DNA of 63,461 nucleotides, filler included, from Octopus bimaculoides (taxonomy: Eukaryota): assembly GCF_001194135.2 (NCBI RefSeq). It is 7 parts of 7 records of this genome, joined end to end, with 100 filler letters (N's around TTAATTAATTAA, not from the genome) between each part and the next. Parts side by side here need not be neighbours in the genome. Positions count along the whole stretch, not along the records: positions 37,175 to 44,002 come from NC_069004.1; positions 44,103 to 54,323 come from NC_068986.1; 5 more parts are not named here. The stretch is one strand, 5' to 3'. Shown piece after piece: positions 38,411 to 52,204 of the stretch. The position numbers and the translations under genes were made by a program. The notes beneath the pieces are model-generated. The model was given only the letters and a program-made list of their open reading frames with translations. It did not search any database and had not been told where the DNA came from. Positions within the stretch are counted from its first letter, which is position 1, and every line of letters begins with the position of its first letter.

Positions 38411-38989
38411 AGGGGAGGGATTTATTTTCAATTTGGCATGTATTTACCATTTATTTAGTTAGTTAGTTACCATTGCATAGCTATTGACATGAGTTCAAGG
38501 ATGGTGACCTATCCAAGATGTCTGTTTTAGGATGGGGAAAAATACTGAAAAAAGCTTGCTCAATTTGCTACGCAATGGGATTGAACCCGGAACTGTGTGG
38601 TTGGGAAGCAAGCCTCTTACCACACAGTCATTTCCTGCGCCTATAGTCATGCCTGTGTGTGTATGTGTATGTGTGTGTATGTATGTTTGTGTGTATGTCT
38701 GTGTGTGTCTATGTATTCAATCCAACATAATTTTCCTGCATAAATATGAGATCTCGTGTCCATATTAGACATTGGTCTTATTCGTATTAAAAACCATTGT
38801 TGAGTCTTCTGCAATTTTGAGTGTAATTAGTTTAGTAAACAAAATCATTTTTATGACTTGGTCAAGGATTAGAACTTATAACTCCATGTAACTATATCCC
38901 ACTAAAATAATTTAGTAATTTATCATCTGCTTTACTGATCCTAACACTAATATCTATAACATAGCTTATTCGTGTTCACATTAAAATTG

Positions 38990-39420
38990 CCGACATATTC
39001 CCTGGTAGATGTAGATGTCGACTCGATTGCGTTCTAAACATACTGGGATTCGGCAAGGCTAGCCTGCCGGAAATGATGTGGTCATCTGTCTTACTGTACC
39101 GATTTAATGGTCAACACTTGATATTCGTCTTTGTTTTCGCTATTTTACTTCTGTGCCTATTTATTGATCTTCTGCGGGAAAAATTATATCATCGTACTTT
39201 CTATTTCTGCTTTTAGCCGAGAACATTTGAACCATTGATGGCTTTTATTCAGACTTATTTCTTCTTCATCTGATCTTACGACATAATTGTGACTTTCTCT
39301 CCGCATTATTTTCCTTTTTTGTCTTTAGTATATTTTGGAATTTCGTTGTGATTTTTGTCCTTTTTCTGCTATTTTGTCCTCATTTTAATCTTTTTCTTCG
39401 GTGTAGTTAGTCTATAGTTT
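38990..39420 (-). mobile_element. R4/Dong-like LINE remnant (post-RT region)
   Basis: Minus strand gives SHQWFKCSRLKAEIEST..AEDQ and ...DDHIISG...RNRV, resembling the QWL..G.LK.ETE...AQDQ...TIDHIISGC...RHNRV region. Confidence 0.5.
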
Positions 39421-39859
39421 GCACCTAAGTGTATCTTGGGAAAATTTCTTCATGTACCACTATTACACTTAGCAGTTTCCATTTGCTTGCTTCTAAGTAT
39501 TCTTCTATCCTACTGTTGTTATTTTGTAGTAGGTTTTTTTTTAGTAGTGAGGTACCTTTTATTTATTTATTTTTTATTTTTGTCTTTTAGTTCTTTCAGT
39601 CATTGGACAACGGCTATATTGAGTCACTGCCTTCAAGGGTTTTAGTCGAACAAATCGACCCCGGCACTTACATTTTATAAAGTCTGGTACTTAGTCTATT
39701 GATATCTTATGCCAAACTGCTAAGTTACCGGGATGTAAACAAACCTGAACCGATTTCCAAACGTTGATGTAGTGATAAACACATACACAATGACAAATAC
39801 ACAGATATATGTGTGTGCGTGTATGTGTGTGTTTGTGTGTGTGTGTGTGTTATCTTTTA

Positions 39860-40258
39860 TCTTTTACTTGTTTCAGTCATTTGACTGCTGCTATGCTGGA
39901 GCACCGCCTTCAAGAGTTTTGTCGACCCCATCGACCCCAGGGCTTTATTAAAGCTTAATACTTATTCTACCGGTTTTTTCTTCGCCGAACCGCTAGATTA
40001 TGGGGGCGTAAATACGCCAGCACCGGTTATCACGTAGAGGTGGGGTACAAATACAAGCAAAAAGACACACACACATAGATAAATACATATATATATACGA
40101 CGGGCTTCTTTCAGTTTCCGTCAGCCAAATCCACTCACAGGGCTTTGGTCGACCTGAGGCTATAGTAGAAGACACAGGGTGCCTCACAGTGGCGCTGAAC
40201 CCAGAAGCATGTGGTTGGGAAGCCAGCTTCTTATCACACAGCCACGCCTGCACCTATA
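39860..40258 (-). mobile_element. Near full-length SINE family B (tail-half copy at about 39590-39780)
   Basis: Head tataggtgcaggcgtggctgtgtgataagaagc; tail ...gaaacaagtaaaag. Confidence 0.8.
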
Positions 40259-40889
40259 ATATATATTTGTATCGCTGTATCACCTTGAAGCTTATCTGCT
40301 TATTCTAGTATTACAACTCAATGTGTAGTGGTCGTCATTGTTGTAATGACGTGAGGTAGATATTAAAGTTGATAATTCTGGAAATATTATGTACAGAGTT
40401 ATATAACAAAACAGGTGTCTGGAAACTATTTTTTAAATTTAAGTTATTCACAATTACACATGTTTCATCTATGTATGAATGTACATACATACATACATAC
40501 ATACATACATACATACATACATAGACACTATATATATATANNNNNNNNNNNNNNNNNNNNNNNNNNNNNNNNNNNNNNNNNNNNNNNNNNNNNNNNNNNN
40601 NNNNNNNNNNNNNNNNNNNNNNNNNNNNNNNNNNNNNNNNNNNNNNNNNNNNNNNNNNNNNNNNNNNNNNNNNNNNNNNNNNNNNNNNNNNNNNNNNNNN
40701 NNNNNNNNNNNNNNNNNNNNNNNNNNNNNNNNNNNNNNNNNNNNNNNNNNNNNNNNNNNNNNNNNNNNNNNATATATACGAGTATTCGAGCCTAGTCTTC
40801 AGTTTGAGGATAACTTCCTTCCTTTTTTTCTTTCTTCTTTCCTTCCTTCCTTCCGCAATTCCCAGAGGATATAATACAAAATAAGGGAT

Positions 40890-41112
40890 TACCGATGCGG
40901 AGTCCATATAAGATTTTGTGGTTAAAAGTTATGTGCCATAAATATACTTCTACAATACACAATCTGTTTCAACAATTTTTAATACAATTTCTAATATCCA
41001 GTTATAAAAACTTAAAAGGATTTTTTAAACTTCGAATGTTATGGGAGTCTAGTAGAGCAAAATAGGAATCAAAGGGGTCCACAGGTAAAAAAGAACGGGT
41101 TGAGAAACACTG
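40890..41112. mobile_element. hAT (Charlie-like) MITE, right end
   Basis: Ends in GGGGTCCACAGG...GGTTGAGAAACACTG, the reverse complement of CAGTGTTTCTCAACC; the left TIR was not found. Confidence 0.5.
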
Positions 41113-42732
41113 GTCTAATTAAAAAGAAAACTATATTTTAGTTTGCACTGGAGACGAAACTCTGCTTTGGTTTATCTGGCAACCGCTCACAACTGGGTAA
41201 TCCAAAATCTTATATCATGTGAGTGTTTATACTGTGTGGGGGTGAGTGTATGTGTGCGTGTGAGTGTGTATATGAGTGTGTTTGTACGTGTGTGTGTGTG
41301 TGTACGTGTATGTGTGAGTGTGTACGTGTGTGTGTGAGTGTGTACGTGTGTGTGTGCGCGCGCAGATGCGAAATAAATGTTTCATTTTGGAAAGAAGATA
41401 AAAGAAGACGATAAGAAAAAGTATGAAATGTTCTTCTATTGTTAAAACATGTAATTGGCGAGTTCCGATTCATATGTTGCTAGTGAGAGAAAAAATACAT
41501 GGATAGAATTTGAAATAAGAAAAATAATCAGCCATATTGTTATCCCGATTATTGAAGCAAATACAATGTCTAGGAATAAATAGCAACGGTCAGTAAAGCA
41601 ACAATAGCTAAATAAAAATAAAAATAAATAAAGCTATTTTCTAATACGATGGTTGTATGAAAGACGTAATAATATGCATTCGAATAGAAAATTGTTCGCC
41701 ATAATGATTGCTGCTTCGTTAGTGGAGTGAAGAGTTGAATTGATTTACTGCTTGGCAAAATAATTTTGGAAAAATATATCATTGATGGTTTTTGTTTCAA
41801 AAGCAAATTGTCATACTCATTTGAAAAATAATGAAAGCTGCGTGGCATTTGCAAAACAATGCATAGTATGTATGTATGTATAGATAGATAGATAGATACA
41901 TACATACATATATANNNNNNNNNNNNNNNNNNNNNNNNNNNNNNNNNNNNNNNNNNNNNNNNNNNNNNNNNNNNNNNNNNNNNNNNNNNNNNNNNNNNNN
42001 NNNNNNNNNNNNNNNNNNNNNNNNNNNNNNNNNNNNNNNNNNNNNNNACACATATACATATTCATATATATGTACGTTTAAAAATATGTATGTATGTAGT
42101 ATGTATTGAAAAGATTAGTAGTAAACTTGTATTAAAAAAAGAAAATTCTTTTAGAACTTTGTCACAGGCAAAAGAAATAAAATATATTTTTATCAAAGTA
42201 TGCTACCGGTTTTAATCGTATAAAGACGATTTAATCATACTGTGAGAGACTGTAAAATAAATTGAAAGTAAGTTAAATTTATCTTTCATGATATCATTTC
42301 TTGAAGTTCACGTATGTTTATAAAAATTAAATGGTGTGGTAGCTGGTTTCCTTCTGATGGCTGCTGGATAGTAATACTTATAGTAACTGCTTTAACAGTG
42401 GCATCTGTCCTTTGTTCCTTATTGGGAATGTTGGTGTTAACAAGTGGCAAGTAACAGTTGTAACAGCAGCATTTGGGGCAAGTAGTTGCTACTAAAGCCT
42501 CCGATTGAATAATATTGTTTGTTGAAGAAAATTTAGTATCTGGAGACATTATGTATGTATATATGTAATCGACTAAACTACTCCCGGGTAGGAGTATAAT
42601 AACTGCAGCCCTCTGCCAAGTCATGTCAAGCCAGTGTGGTAAAGTAGGTTCATCAAGCCGATATGTTCTCAGTGGATAACATGCTGAGGCTTTCCTCCAG
42701 CAGTGGACTGAACACAGGCAATCCAAAATCCA

Positions 42733-42764
<32 letters not shown>

Positions 42765-43415
42765 CTTGAAAACCAAGAGGAGATTGGAAGAGAATGAAGA
42801 TTTAGACATCCATATTACCACTCATATTTTATCTCCTCCCCATAAAGCTGTCTGCGAGCGACATGACATATAAGATCCACAATTTAAAAATAAATTGTAA
42901 TTTCGAAGTTAGGAACCTATTATACCCTATTATATAATAGTGGCTATTTCTAAACATGTCGGGGTTTTGCAACCCTCTCCGTTATAATTGTGATTTATTC
43001 ATAATTATAAACATTATTCCTTTACGAAATATATCATTACATGTTTGACCGTTGATATTTTCATGAATAATTATTAACTGTTTATGATATTTACTTCGTA
43101 ATGTATTTTTACATTCCTTTTAATTTTATATATATATATATATATATACATANNNNNNNNNNNNNNNNNNNNNNNNNNNNNNNNNNNNNNNNNNNNNNNN
43201 NNNNNNNNNNNNNNNNNNNNNNNNNNNNNNNNNNNNNNNNNNNNNNNNNNNNNNNNNNNNNNNNNNNNNNNNNNNNNNNNNNNNNNNNNNNNNNNNNNNN
43301 TATATATATATATATATTTATCCAAATATATATAATACGTATACATATAAATGTATATATGTATGTCTTATATGTTCGCGTATATATTTACATACGTACG
43401 TATGTACATGTAGAC

Positions 43416-43501
<86 letters not shown>

Positions 43502-43743
43502 CTATTGCATGCATTAGCTTGAGTATTGTAGAGAAGACTTTGTTAGTCTTCCTAAGAAACTTTGGAAACAATTTGAAAATTGGGTTTGTGTCTATTTCTG
43601 CATGAACTGGTAAGAAAATGGAAATATTCCGTTGAGACTTCAGAGTAACTGAAGGAGTATGCTAGCTTATATCTTAGAATAAAATGAATCAATCATTCGA
43701 AATGGCTTCATTAGGAATATTTCTTACATTTTCTTTCATTCTT

Positions 43744-43783
<40 letters not shown>

Positions 43784-43802
43784 ACTCCCTCTNNNNNNNN
43801 NN

Positions 43803-43851
<49 letters not shown>

Positions 43852-44102
43852 ACTCACTCTTGAACATACGTTCAAGATATAGATAGCTATATAGATAGAT
43901 GAACAATTAGATAGATAGATAGATATCTTTTTATTATAGCCACACAGGGCTAAATACAGAAAATGAACAAATTACAAAGTAGAGCTTTTCTTGGGGGGGG
44001 GGNNNNNNNNNNNNNNNNNNNNNNNNNNNNNNNNNNNNNNNNNNNNTTAATTAATTAANNNNNNNNNNNNNNNNNNNNNNNNNNNNNNNNNNNNNNNNNN
44101 NN

Positions 44103-44159
<57 letters not shown>

Positions 44160-44284
44160 ACACACACACACAGATATATGTATAGTCTTTTGCTTCCTTT
44201 TCGTAGATTGTTCTGGCAAAATCTTCGTGCAATTGACATTTGACGGTAACAAGTTGGAAGTTTTCGGTTCTATGTTGTGATTAA

Positions 44285-44906
44285 TATTGGTTTCAAATTT
44301 TGGCACACGGCTAGCAATTTCGGGGGCAGGGGTTAACTCAATTACATCGACCCAGTACTCAACTAGAATTTATTTTATCGACCCTGAAAATAAAGGATAA
44401 AGGGCTAAGTCGATCTCAAAATTTGAACTTAGAACATAAAAAAGGACGAAATTTCTTTAAGCATTCTGCCAGCTCGTCGCCGTATGTGATAAATATTATT
44501 ACTCTTTTACTTATTTCAGTCATTTGACTGCGGTCATGCCGAGGCACCGCCTTTAGTCGAGCAAATCGACCCCAGGACTTATTCTTTGTAAGCCTAGTTC
44601 TTATTCAATCGGTCTCGTTTGCCGAACCGCTAAGTTACGGGGACGTAAACGCACCAGCATCGATTGTCAAGTGATGTTTGGGGGGACAAACACAGACACA
44701 CAAACACACACGCACACATATATACATATACATATATACGACGGGCTTCTTTCAGTTTCCGTCTACCAAATCCAGTCACAAGGCTTTGGTCGGCCCGAGG
44801 CTATAGTAGAAGACACTTGCCCAAGGTACCACGCAGTGGGACTGAACCTGGAACCATGTGGTTGGTAAGCAAGCTACTTACCACACAGCCACTCCTGCGC
44901 CTATAT
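44285..44906 (-). mobile_element. Family D SINE (44285-44480) followed by a full-length family B SINE (44500-44906)
   Basis: Same diagnostic blocks as the other copies; head revcomp tataggcgcaggagtggctgtgtggtaag. Confidence 0.85.
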
Positions 44907-47343
44907 TTGTAAACTAAGTTTTACTAACATTGTACTATTATTGTAAACTAAGTTTTACTAACATTCACTCCAGGGTAAACTACACTGTGTAACAATTTTT
45001 ATTGTTTTTGTCTTTGGTCAGTAAGTGAAATTTCCTATTCTTTCTATCTAGAAATCAAAGGAAATGACTATTCCCTTCAAACAAAGTTTTTGTGATCTGG
45101 ATGTCAATGTTTTGTAACTGACCTATTTTCCATTACATATCAGACAGATTCGCCGCTGAGTTGCTGAAACAGAAATATCCTTATAGCAAATATTCTGCTC
45201 AATACCACAGATTTGCTTGTCAGTAACTTGACCGTAACCAACTGAGCATGTCCCTTAGTGTCTGACAATACGTGCAATTTTAGCCATGTGCTGTGAGGTA
45301 TTCTTTGAAGCTTGGATGAATGTAATAAAAGTCTGAAGGAAATATGAGCCATTTTTCATACTTTCTCAGAATAAGCAAATAGGAAATAAAAGTTGCTACG
45401 CAAGGACAAAAATCGTGTTACGCTGCATTATTTACTTAAGGGCATATTATATAGGAAATCATGAAATTTTCCTTCGTTGGTGTTATTATAGATATTGTTT
45501 TTTTTTTTCTGCTATAGGCTGAAGACATGGAATTTTGTAGTGAGTAGGTTAGTGGATTACAAAGAGCCTAGTAAACACACCAGCAACTGGTGTTATTGTT
45601 GTTGTTTGCTTCAGATTAGACCTGACTGAACAGACCAAGTATTGAAGACCGTGACCATATCTATTTCCAGGGATTTAAGTCTGTTGAGTGTTATTTGAGG
45701 AAAATCTTGTTTCTATTTCTAGAACCTTTCCTGATTGATTGACGAGTGTATATTTTATTGATAAAAGAATTAAAGTGAATATTCAATTTGAATGCAAACT
45801 GAGAGACTACAACACCCGGGATTCAAATGTGATACTTGTGCATGATACATTTTAGTGTGAGAAGAGACCTTGCATACAAATAGTCCCACACTCTGAACAA
45901 AGATGACAGATATCCCCAAAAGAACTAGTCAACACCATTGGCTGCCATCGAGTCGTATGTTTTACTTCAGAATTTTCCTTCTCTTAAAGTGAGTAACCCC
46001 TAGCCCTTCTTAGGACTAGGAGTTACTCACTCTCAGTAATGTGGTACACAATGTTACACTCTTATTTTCATGATTTTCTGCTGACTCGGACTATTCAGCT
46101 GGCTTATTATTGAAAACGTCTCAATCCTCTGCGCAAACACTGTTTTCTGGAGGAGAGTCACCAGTTTTTCGGTGATGGCTACAAGAAGTACTACTGTCCA
46201 TGAGAAATACAAGATTAAGCTGGTGGATACAGTATTGAAAGGCGTTAACTTTAATGAATTACAGTCTGTATAAATTACAAATATATGCATATTTGTCGAA
46301 CATACATATATGCACGTAACCACGCGCGTACGCACACCCACACACACATGGTAAAGAAATTTTAGCAAAATACGAAAAAGCTACAGCACTGAATAAGTTC
46401 GTGCTCAATGTTTTTACGTTTGACACCCAAGAAAAATGAAGGCGTCAATGGTTATAACGTTTCGGAAAATGTCGTATTTCACAAAATGAAAACCATAGAC
46501 GAAGGGGGAAAAAAACAGGGAGAAAATGCAATACCAGCGAGGAAAGCACGTGATGTTGGTTTATATGTTTGGACGCTGTATGGCAGGAAATTAGGAATAG
46601 GAAATAACGGGGCATTCTCGGGAAGCTCAGTTAACTCCAGATTAAAAAACATGTCTTTGTGTGTGTGTTCATGTGTATGTGCATATATTTGATGTGAGAG
46701 GTATTTAGAAGTAAATTTTGTGTGGGTAATATTTGCCCGTCGTGTGCACTTTTCGCTGACGTGTGTTTGTGTAGGTTTGTTTATATGAATATGTCCATGT
46801 AAGCATGTATGTGTATATGTGCATAGGCATGTAGCAATTTGTCTGGAATACATGCCTAAATATATACAGAGACACATATATTTTTATGTATATATACAAT
46901 ACATATATTTATATATATGTGTGTGGGTGGGTGGGTGTGCGTGTGTGTGTGTGTATAAAGAGAGAGAGAGAGGGGGGAGAGAGAGAGAAAGGGAGAGAGA
47001 GAAAGCGAAAGGGAACGAAAGAGATGTGTTGAAGTGTAAATGCGTGTACTTGTATTGATGTGTGTATATATACATGCACACACACATATATATGTAAATA
47101 TATGTATATGTACATATGAATACATGTGTTTATATACATATATATACATATATATATATATATATNNNNNNNNNNNNNNNNNNNNNNNNNNNNNNNNNNN
47201 NNNNNNNNNNNNNNNNNNNNNNNNNNNNNNNNNNNNNNNNNNNNNNNNNNNNNNNNNNNNNNNNNNNNNNNNNNNNNNNNNNNNNNNNNNNNNNNNNNNN
47301 NNNNNNNNNNNNATATATATGTATGTATATACGTATGTGTATG

Positions 47344-47382
<39 letters not shown>

Positions 47383-48113
47383 ATGTGTGTGTGAGTGTGT
47401 TTATGTGTGTGTATGTATATGTTTGTTTGTGTGTTTATACATATATGTATGCATATATATGTAGGTGTGTGCGTGTACCAAGAGAGAAAGTGGGAGAGAG
47501 AGAGAGAGAGAGAGAGTGAGAAAGCTTTATGCATATCTACATTGCGCATTTCTGAATGAATGCAGCACTATTTACTGGCGATGCCCTTTTTAACAGCATT
47601 CATCTCCCAACCGCTCACTCACTGTTTCCCCCCCATCACCCCACCACCCTCACACTCACACCTACACCATTTCATTCACTTCTCTTCAAAACTATTCACG
47701 AACTTTGCTCAAAGAGTTGATTCTGAGCGACTTTGCACATCCACACACACTGAGAATTAACCCTCGCTGGAATTTCTTGATCTCTTCATCTTTGTGCGGA
47801 GTGGGATGTCGGGATTTTTCAACGTCATCTTGTTTAACATCCTGTATTAATTAGAAAGCAAAATAGGATTAATTAGCGATTGCTGTCAATTACCAATTCG
47901 GTATGTACTCGTGTGCATGTATTTAAACATTGGGAAATTTCTCTAGGTACGAGTATATATGGGTCTTTTGTATTTTTCTTATATAAATGTGTGTATATAT
48001 ATATACATAAATGTGTGTGTCTGTATGTATAAGTACACATATACATATATACATATATGAATTTATATATATGCATATATATTTATATATGCATATATAT
48101 ATATATATATAAA

Positions 48114-48151
<38 letters not shown>

Positions 48152-48377
48152 TAAAGATATATATATATATAAAGATATATATATATTTATATATGTGTGT
48201 GTGTGTGTGTGTGTTCGTCTCTGTGTGTGTGTGTTATGTATGTATGTATGTATGTATATGGGTGTGTGAATTCAGATTTATTGAAGATTATTAATATTCG
48301 ATCCCCGTGCAAGAGGAAGCTTTATATATTTGTAGCTTTATATGCTCCGTAATACACACACGCACACTAACACACCT

Positions 48378-48408
<31 letters not shown>

Positions 48409-48409
48409 C

Positions 48410-48460
<51 letters not shown>

Positions 48461-49038
48461 GATAGATAGATGGATGGATAGATAGATAGATATGTACGTA
48501 TGCATGCATATGTACACGCATGTTAATATTTATTTATGTATATATTTTCATATTTAGTATTAATACTGTTGCATATAGATATACATGTATGTATATATAT
48601 ACATACTCGTGCGTGCTTGCGCATGTAAGTTTAAAGAGTAATTAAATTGTATATTCACCTGCTTCATTTAAAATTCCTGTGAACATCATTCTTTTAAAAT
48701 TTGTATATCATGCTGTCTTTCTATCTATCTGTCTATCTGTCTTCCGTTTTAACTCACTCTCTGTCTCTCTCATATATATGTATGTGTGTATATGTATGTA
48801 TGTATGCATGTATATATGTTTGTATAAATTGACTTTTGTATAGCTGGTTGCTGACAATGATAATATTACATTTACTATTGTGCTAACAATTTTGATATTT
48901 GAACTTAGCGTATTTCTACTGAAACAGGTCAGAAATGTTATGTAAAAGGTGATCAAAGCCAAGCAGTGTTGTCATACGTGACTTACAGATATAACAGCCC
49001 CGAGAGCTAATCTAATCTAGTATATACATACATATATT

Positions 49039-49084
<46 letters not shown>

Positions 49085-49137
49085 NNNNNNNNNNNNNNNN
49101 NNNNNNNNNNNNNNNNNNNNNNNNNNNNNNNNNNNNN

Positions 49138-49181
<44 letters not shown>

Positions 49182-49454
49182 TTATATGTATATATATATA
49201 TAAGCATGTATATACATAATATATACCTACATTCATACACACGTATGTATACATAATTATACTGGTAAATATATGCATACACAAATTGCTAGGTAGCTTG
49301 ATAGATAGCAAGACAGATAGACAGATAGACAGAAATACACACATACTAACAGAGTGGTAGATAGATAGATGGATAGATAAATAGATAGATAGATAGTCAG
49401 ACAAACAGTTAAAATGCTAGAGAGATACATATGAATATTGAAACAGTAGGCATT

Positions 49455-50240
49455 TGTTTGAAATTTTTGGCACTATCCCAGCGATTTTGTGGGAGGGGCT
49501 AAGTCGATTACATCGATCCAGTACTCAACTGGTAATCACTTTGTCGACCCCGAAAGGATAAAAGATTAAGTCGACCTTGGCGGAATTTGAACTAAGAATG
49601 TAAAGATGGACGTAATGCCGCTAACCGTTGTGCTCACGATTCTGCCATCTCACCGACTTTTATGCAGTAGACAATAACCTGTTAATCTCTGCACTATATA
49701 CATTTACTTTCTCGTCCCCTATACAATAAACAGTAGTGTCTCATTTTACGAGGATCTGCTTTACGAGACCCCGTGTTATCGATTTTTATTTTTCAAGTAC
49801 AAGATCCAAATTTTGAACGAAGTGCATAAGTCTCTACTACCACAAATTCTTCTGCGGGTTACTAAGAAATTTATAGAAATTTATAGGCGCAGGAGTGGCT
49901 GTGTGGTAAGTAGCTTGCTTACGAACCACATGGTTCCGGGTTCCTTCCCACTGCGTGGCACCTTGGGCAAGTGTCTTCTACTATAGCCTCTGGCCGAACA
50001 AAGCCTTGTGAGTGGATTTGGTAGACGGAAATTGAAAGAAGCCCGTCGTATATATGTATATATATGTATGTGTGTATATGTTTGTGTCTGTGTTTGTCCC
50101 CTCAGCATCGTTTGACAACCGATAGAGTAAGTACTAGGCTTCCAAAGAATAAGTCCTGGGGTCGATTTGCTCGACTAAAAGGTGGTTCTCCAGCATGGCA
50201 GTAGTCAAATGACTGAAACAAGTAAAAGAGTAAAAGAGTA
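49455..50240. mobile_element. Family D SINE (49455-49655, minus) and family B SINE (49881-50240, plus)
   Basis: Diagnostic blocks; (GTAAAAGA)n tail at about 50220-50242. Confidence 0.8.
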
Positions 50241-51190
50241 AATGAGAGAGCGAAGAAAAGTTTCTCAGCAAATAACTCTAGCTTCGTTTTTTAAGTCCGT
50301 CTACGAGCGCTTGTAAATCGGCGATCACATCTACAAATGATGGTGCGTGCGAGTGAAAGGGATTCAGAAAGCGATTATAATTATAATAATTTTTGTTAGA
50401 AATGATCTTGACATTCATTTTATTTTACATAAAATACTCTTTACAGTTTGCAGTTGTTTCATTGCCATTTATTTACAAGTATTATAAATTTTATTGATAA
50501 AATACTTTTCTGAGAACGAATTACGATTTATTACATTGCTGCTATGGGAAGCTATTGCTCTGCATTACGTGTTTTCGCTTTACGAGCAATCGCCGGGAAC
50601 GAATCAACTCGTATACCGAGGGATTACTCTATAGAGATATGTGATTAAAAGTATTTCTTAGTGCATTCTCTCCTATCCTCAGTGACTCTCATAACTACTT
50701 CCCAGTACTTCATTGTCGGTCTGGTAGAAGAGGATTCCTGCAGTATATTAAAAGCAACAGAATACGGAATTGGAAATGTGGTTCTATCCTCCATCACCTG
50801 GACATGTCTTACATACACCAAAACGTTTTCACATGTATAGCTAAAAATCTTCCTTAACTTTTTAGGAAACATCTTCTGTCACCAAAGATACTAAAAAGTA
50901 ATCTTAAATGAAATTTGTACAAAAGTTTCTTATTTGACGACAACAAAGTCTTTACAAAAATTATCCTTTCGTTTTGCATATGCTTCCCTTGCTGGCATAA
51001 TACTAACACATATTATTAGAACTTTTGTCTGTCAAGATGCCGGTTTTGCCCAAACCTATTGTCTATGTAGGAGACTATCTTATTTAACTCATCGCTGAAA
51101 GCGCAGAGACAGCGGTCGATTCTTTTATAATGTCTACAAAATTTATCATTTTAGCTCAACTAAGTGCGAGCACACATATGCCCACATATT

Positions 51191-51234
<44 letters not shown>

Positions 51235-51421
51235 TGCGCGCGCATACATACAATTACCACGTGTGTGTGTGTGTATTTATTTATTTATAATAAGGGTAAC
51301 TACTGAGTAGCGCCACATGCTAGAAGTAGGTGCCAAATGACTCTAAAACTACCTTATTTATCAAATAGACACGGGCTGAAAGCGAGGGAAATGAACAAAA
51401 AACATTTTTTAAAAAGGTTTA

Positions 51422-51478
51422 GCCATAGATCGATTTCTACTTTAGGGATGTAGTACTCTCTACCGTCAGCAGTATGAC
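51422..51478 (-). ncRNA. Inverted second copy of the hammerhead-like motif
   Basis: Minus strand gtcata CTGCTGA [28 nt] GAAA TCGAT C tatggc: 6-bp stem I, AUC cleavage triplet, but A6 changed to C. Confidence 0.4.
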
Positions 51479-51858
51479 ATAACTCAGAGTACATAATTAT
51501 AAACATTTATACATACCATAAAAACACAACATATCCACAATGCATATACAAATGTTCACATTTATATACAAGTTAAATCTGGTTCGTTCATCTCAGCCAC
51601 GTGTGAATAGCCAAAATAATTTAGCAGTGAATAAGAAGATTGAAATGATTCATATTTATCATTATAATCAAAGATAAAATCTATATAGGATTTGATCAAG
51701 TAGCTAGCATGTAATAAACCATTTAAGTAAGAATTAATACAAAGTATGTAATTTTATAAATATAATTATAATAAGAGCAATTACTGAGTAGCGCCACATG
51801 CTAGAAGTAGACGCCAAATTGCTCTAAAACTACCTTATTTATCATATAGACCCGAGTT

Positions 51859-51929
51859 GGGTTATATCATACTGATGACGGTAAAGGGTATTACAGTCCT
51901 AAACTAGAAATCGATTAATGGACTAACCC
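51859..51929 (+). ncRNA. Type I hammerhead-ribozyme-like motif (degenerate)
   Basis: gggtta-tatcata CTGATGA [28 nt] GAAA TCGAT T aatgg-ac-taaccc: core boxes, palindromic ATCGAT stem III and extended stem I. Stem II closure is non-canonical. Confidence 0.45.
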
Positions 51930-52166
51930 TTTTAAAATAATCTTTCTTGTTCATTTCCCTCTCTTTCAGTCCGTGTAACTATGTATGTATGTATGTATGT
52001 ATGTATGTATGTATTTATTTATGGATGTATATATATGTACGTATATACAGGGGTCGATGATGTGAATCTAACTCATTTGCCTTTCTTCCCTGACTTTTAT
52101 TTATTCTTTTTATTTTAGTTCTTTCCTTCTCTTTGTTCCATTCACAACCTCACCTGAACTTGCACC

Positions 52167-52204
52167 TTGTATCTGAAGAATGATTATATCCGAAACGTTA
52201 TATT
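52167..52204 (+). ncRNA. Minimal Penelope-type hammerhead-like motif (degenerate)
   Basis: gtat CTGAAGA atgattatatcc GAAACGT T atat, inside a pyrimidine-rich segment resembling a Penelope terminal repeat. Confidence 0.3.

Noticed and set aside
42286-42726. 146-aa minus-strand ORF with clustered Cys
   Set aside because: Non-ATG start, no recognisable domain and no convincing splice sites.
50645-50872. Possible LINE remnant (VRHVQVMEDR...RPTMKYW)
   Set aside because: The similarity to RTE 3' regions is too weak to call by eye.
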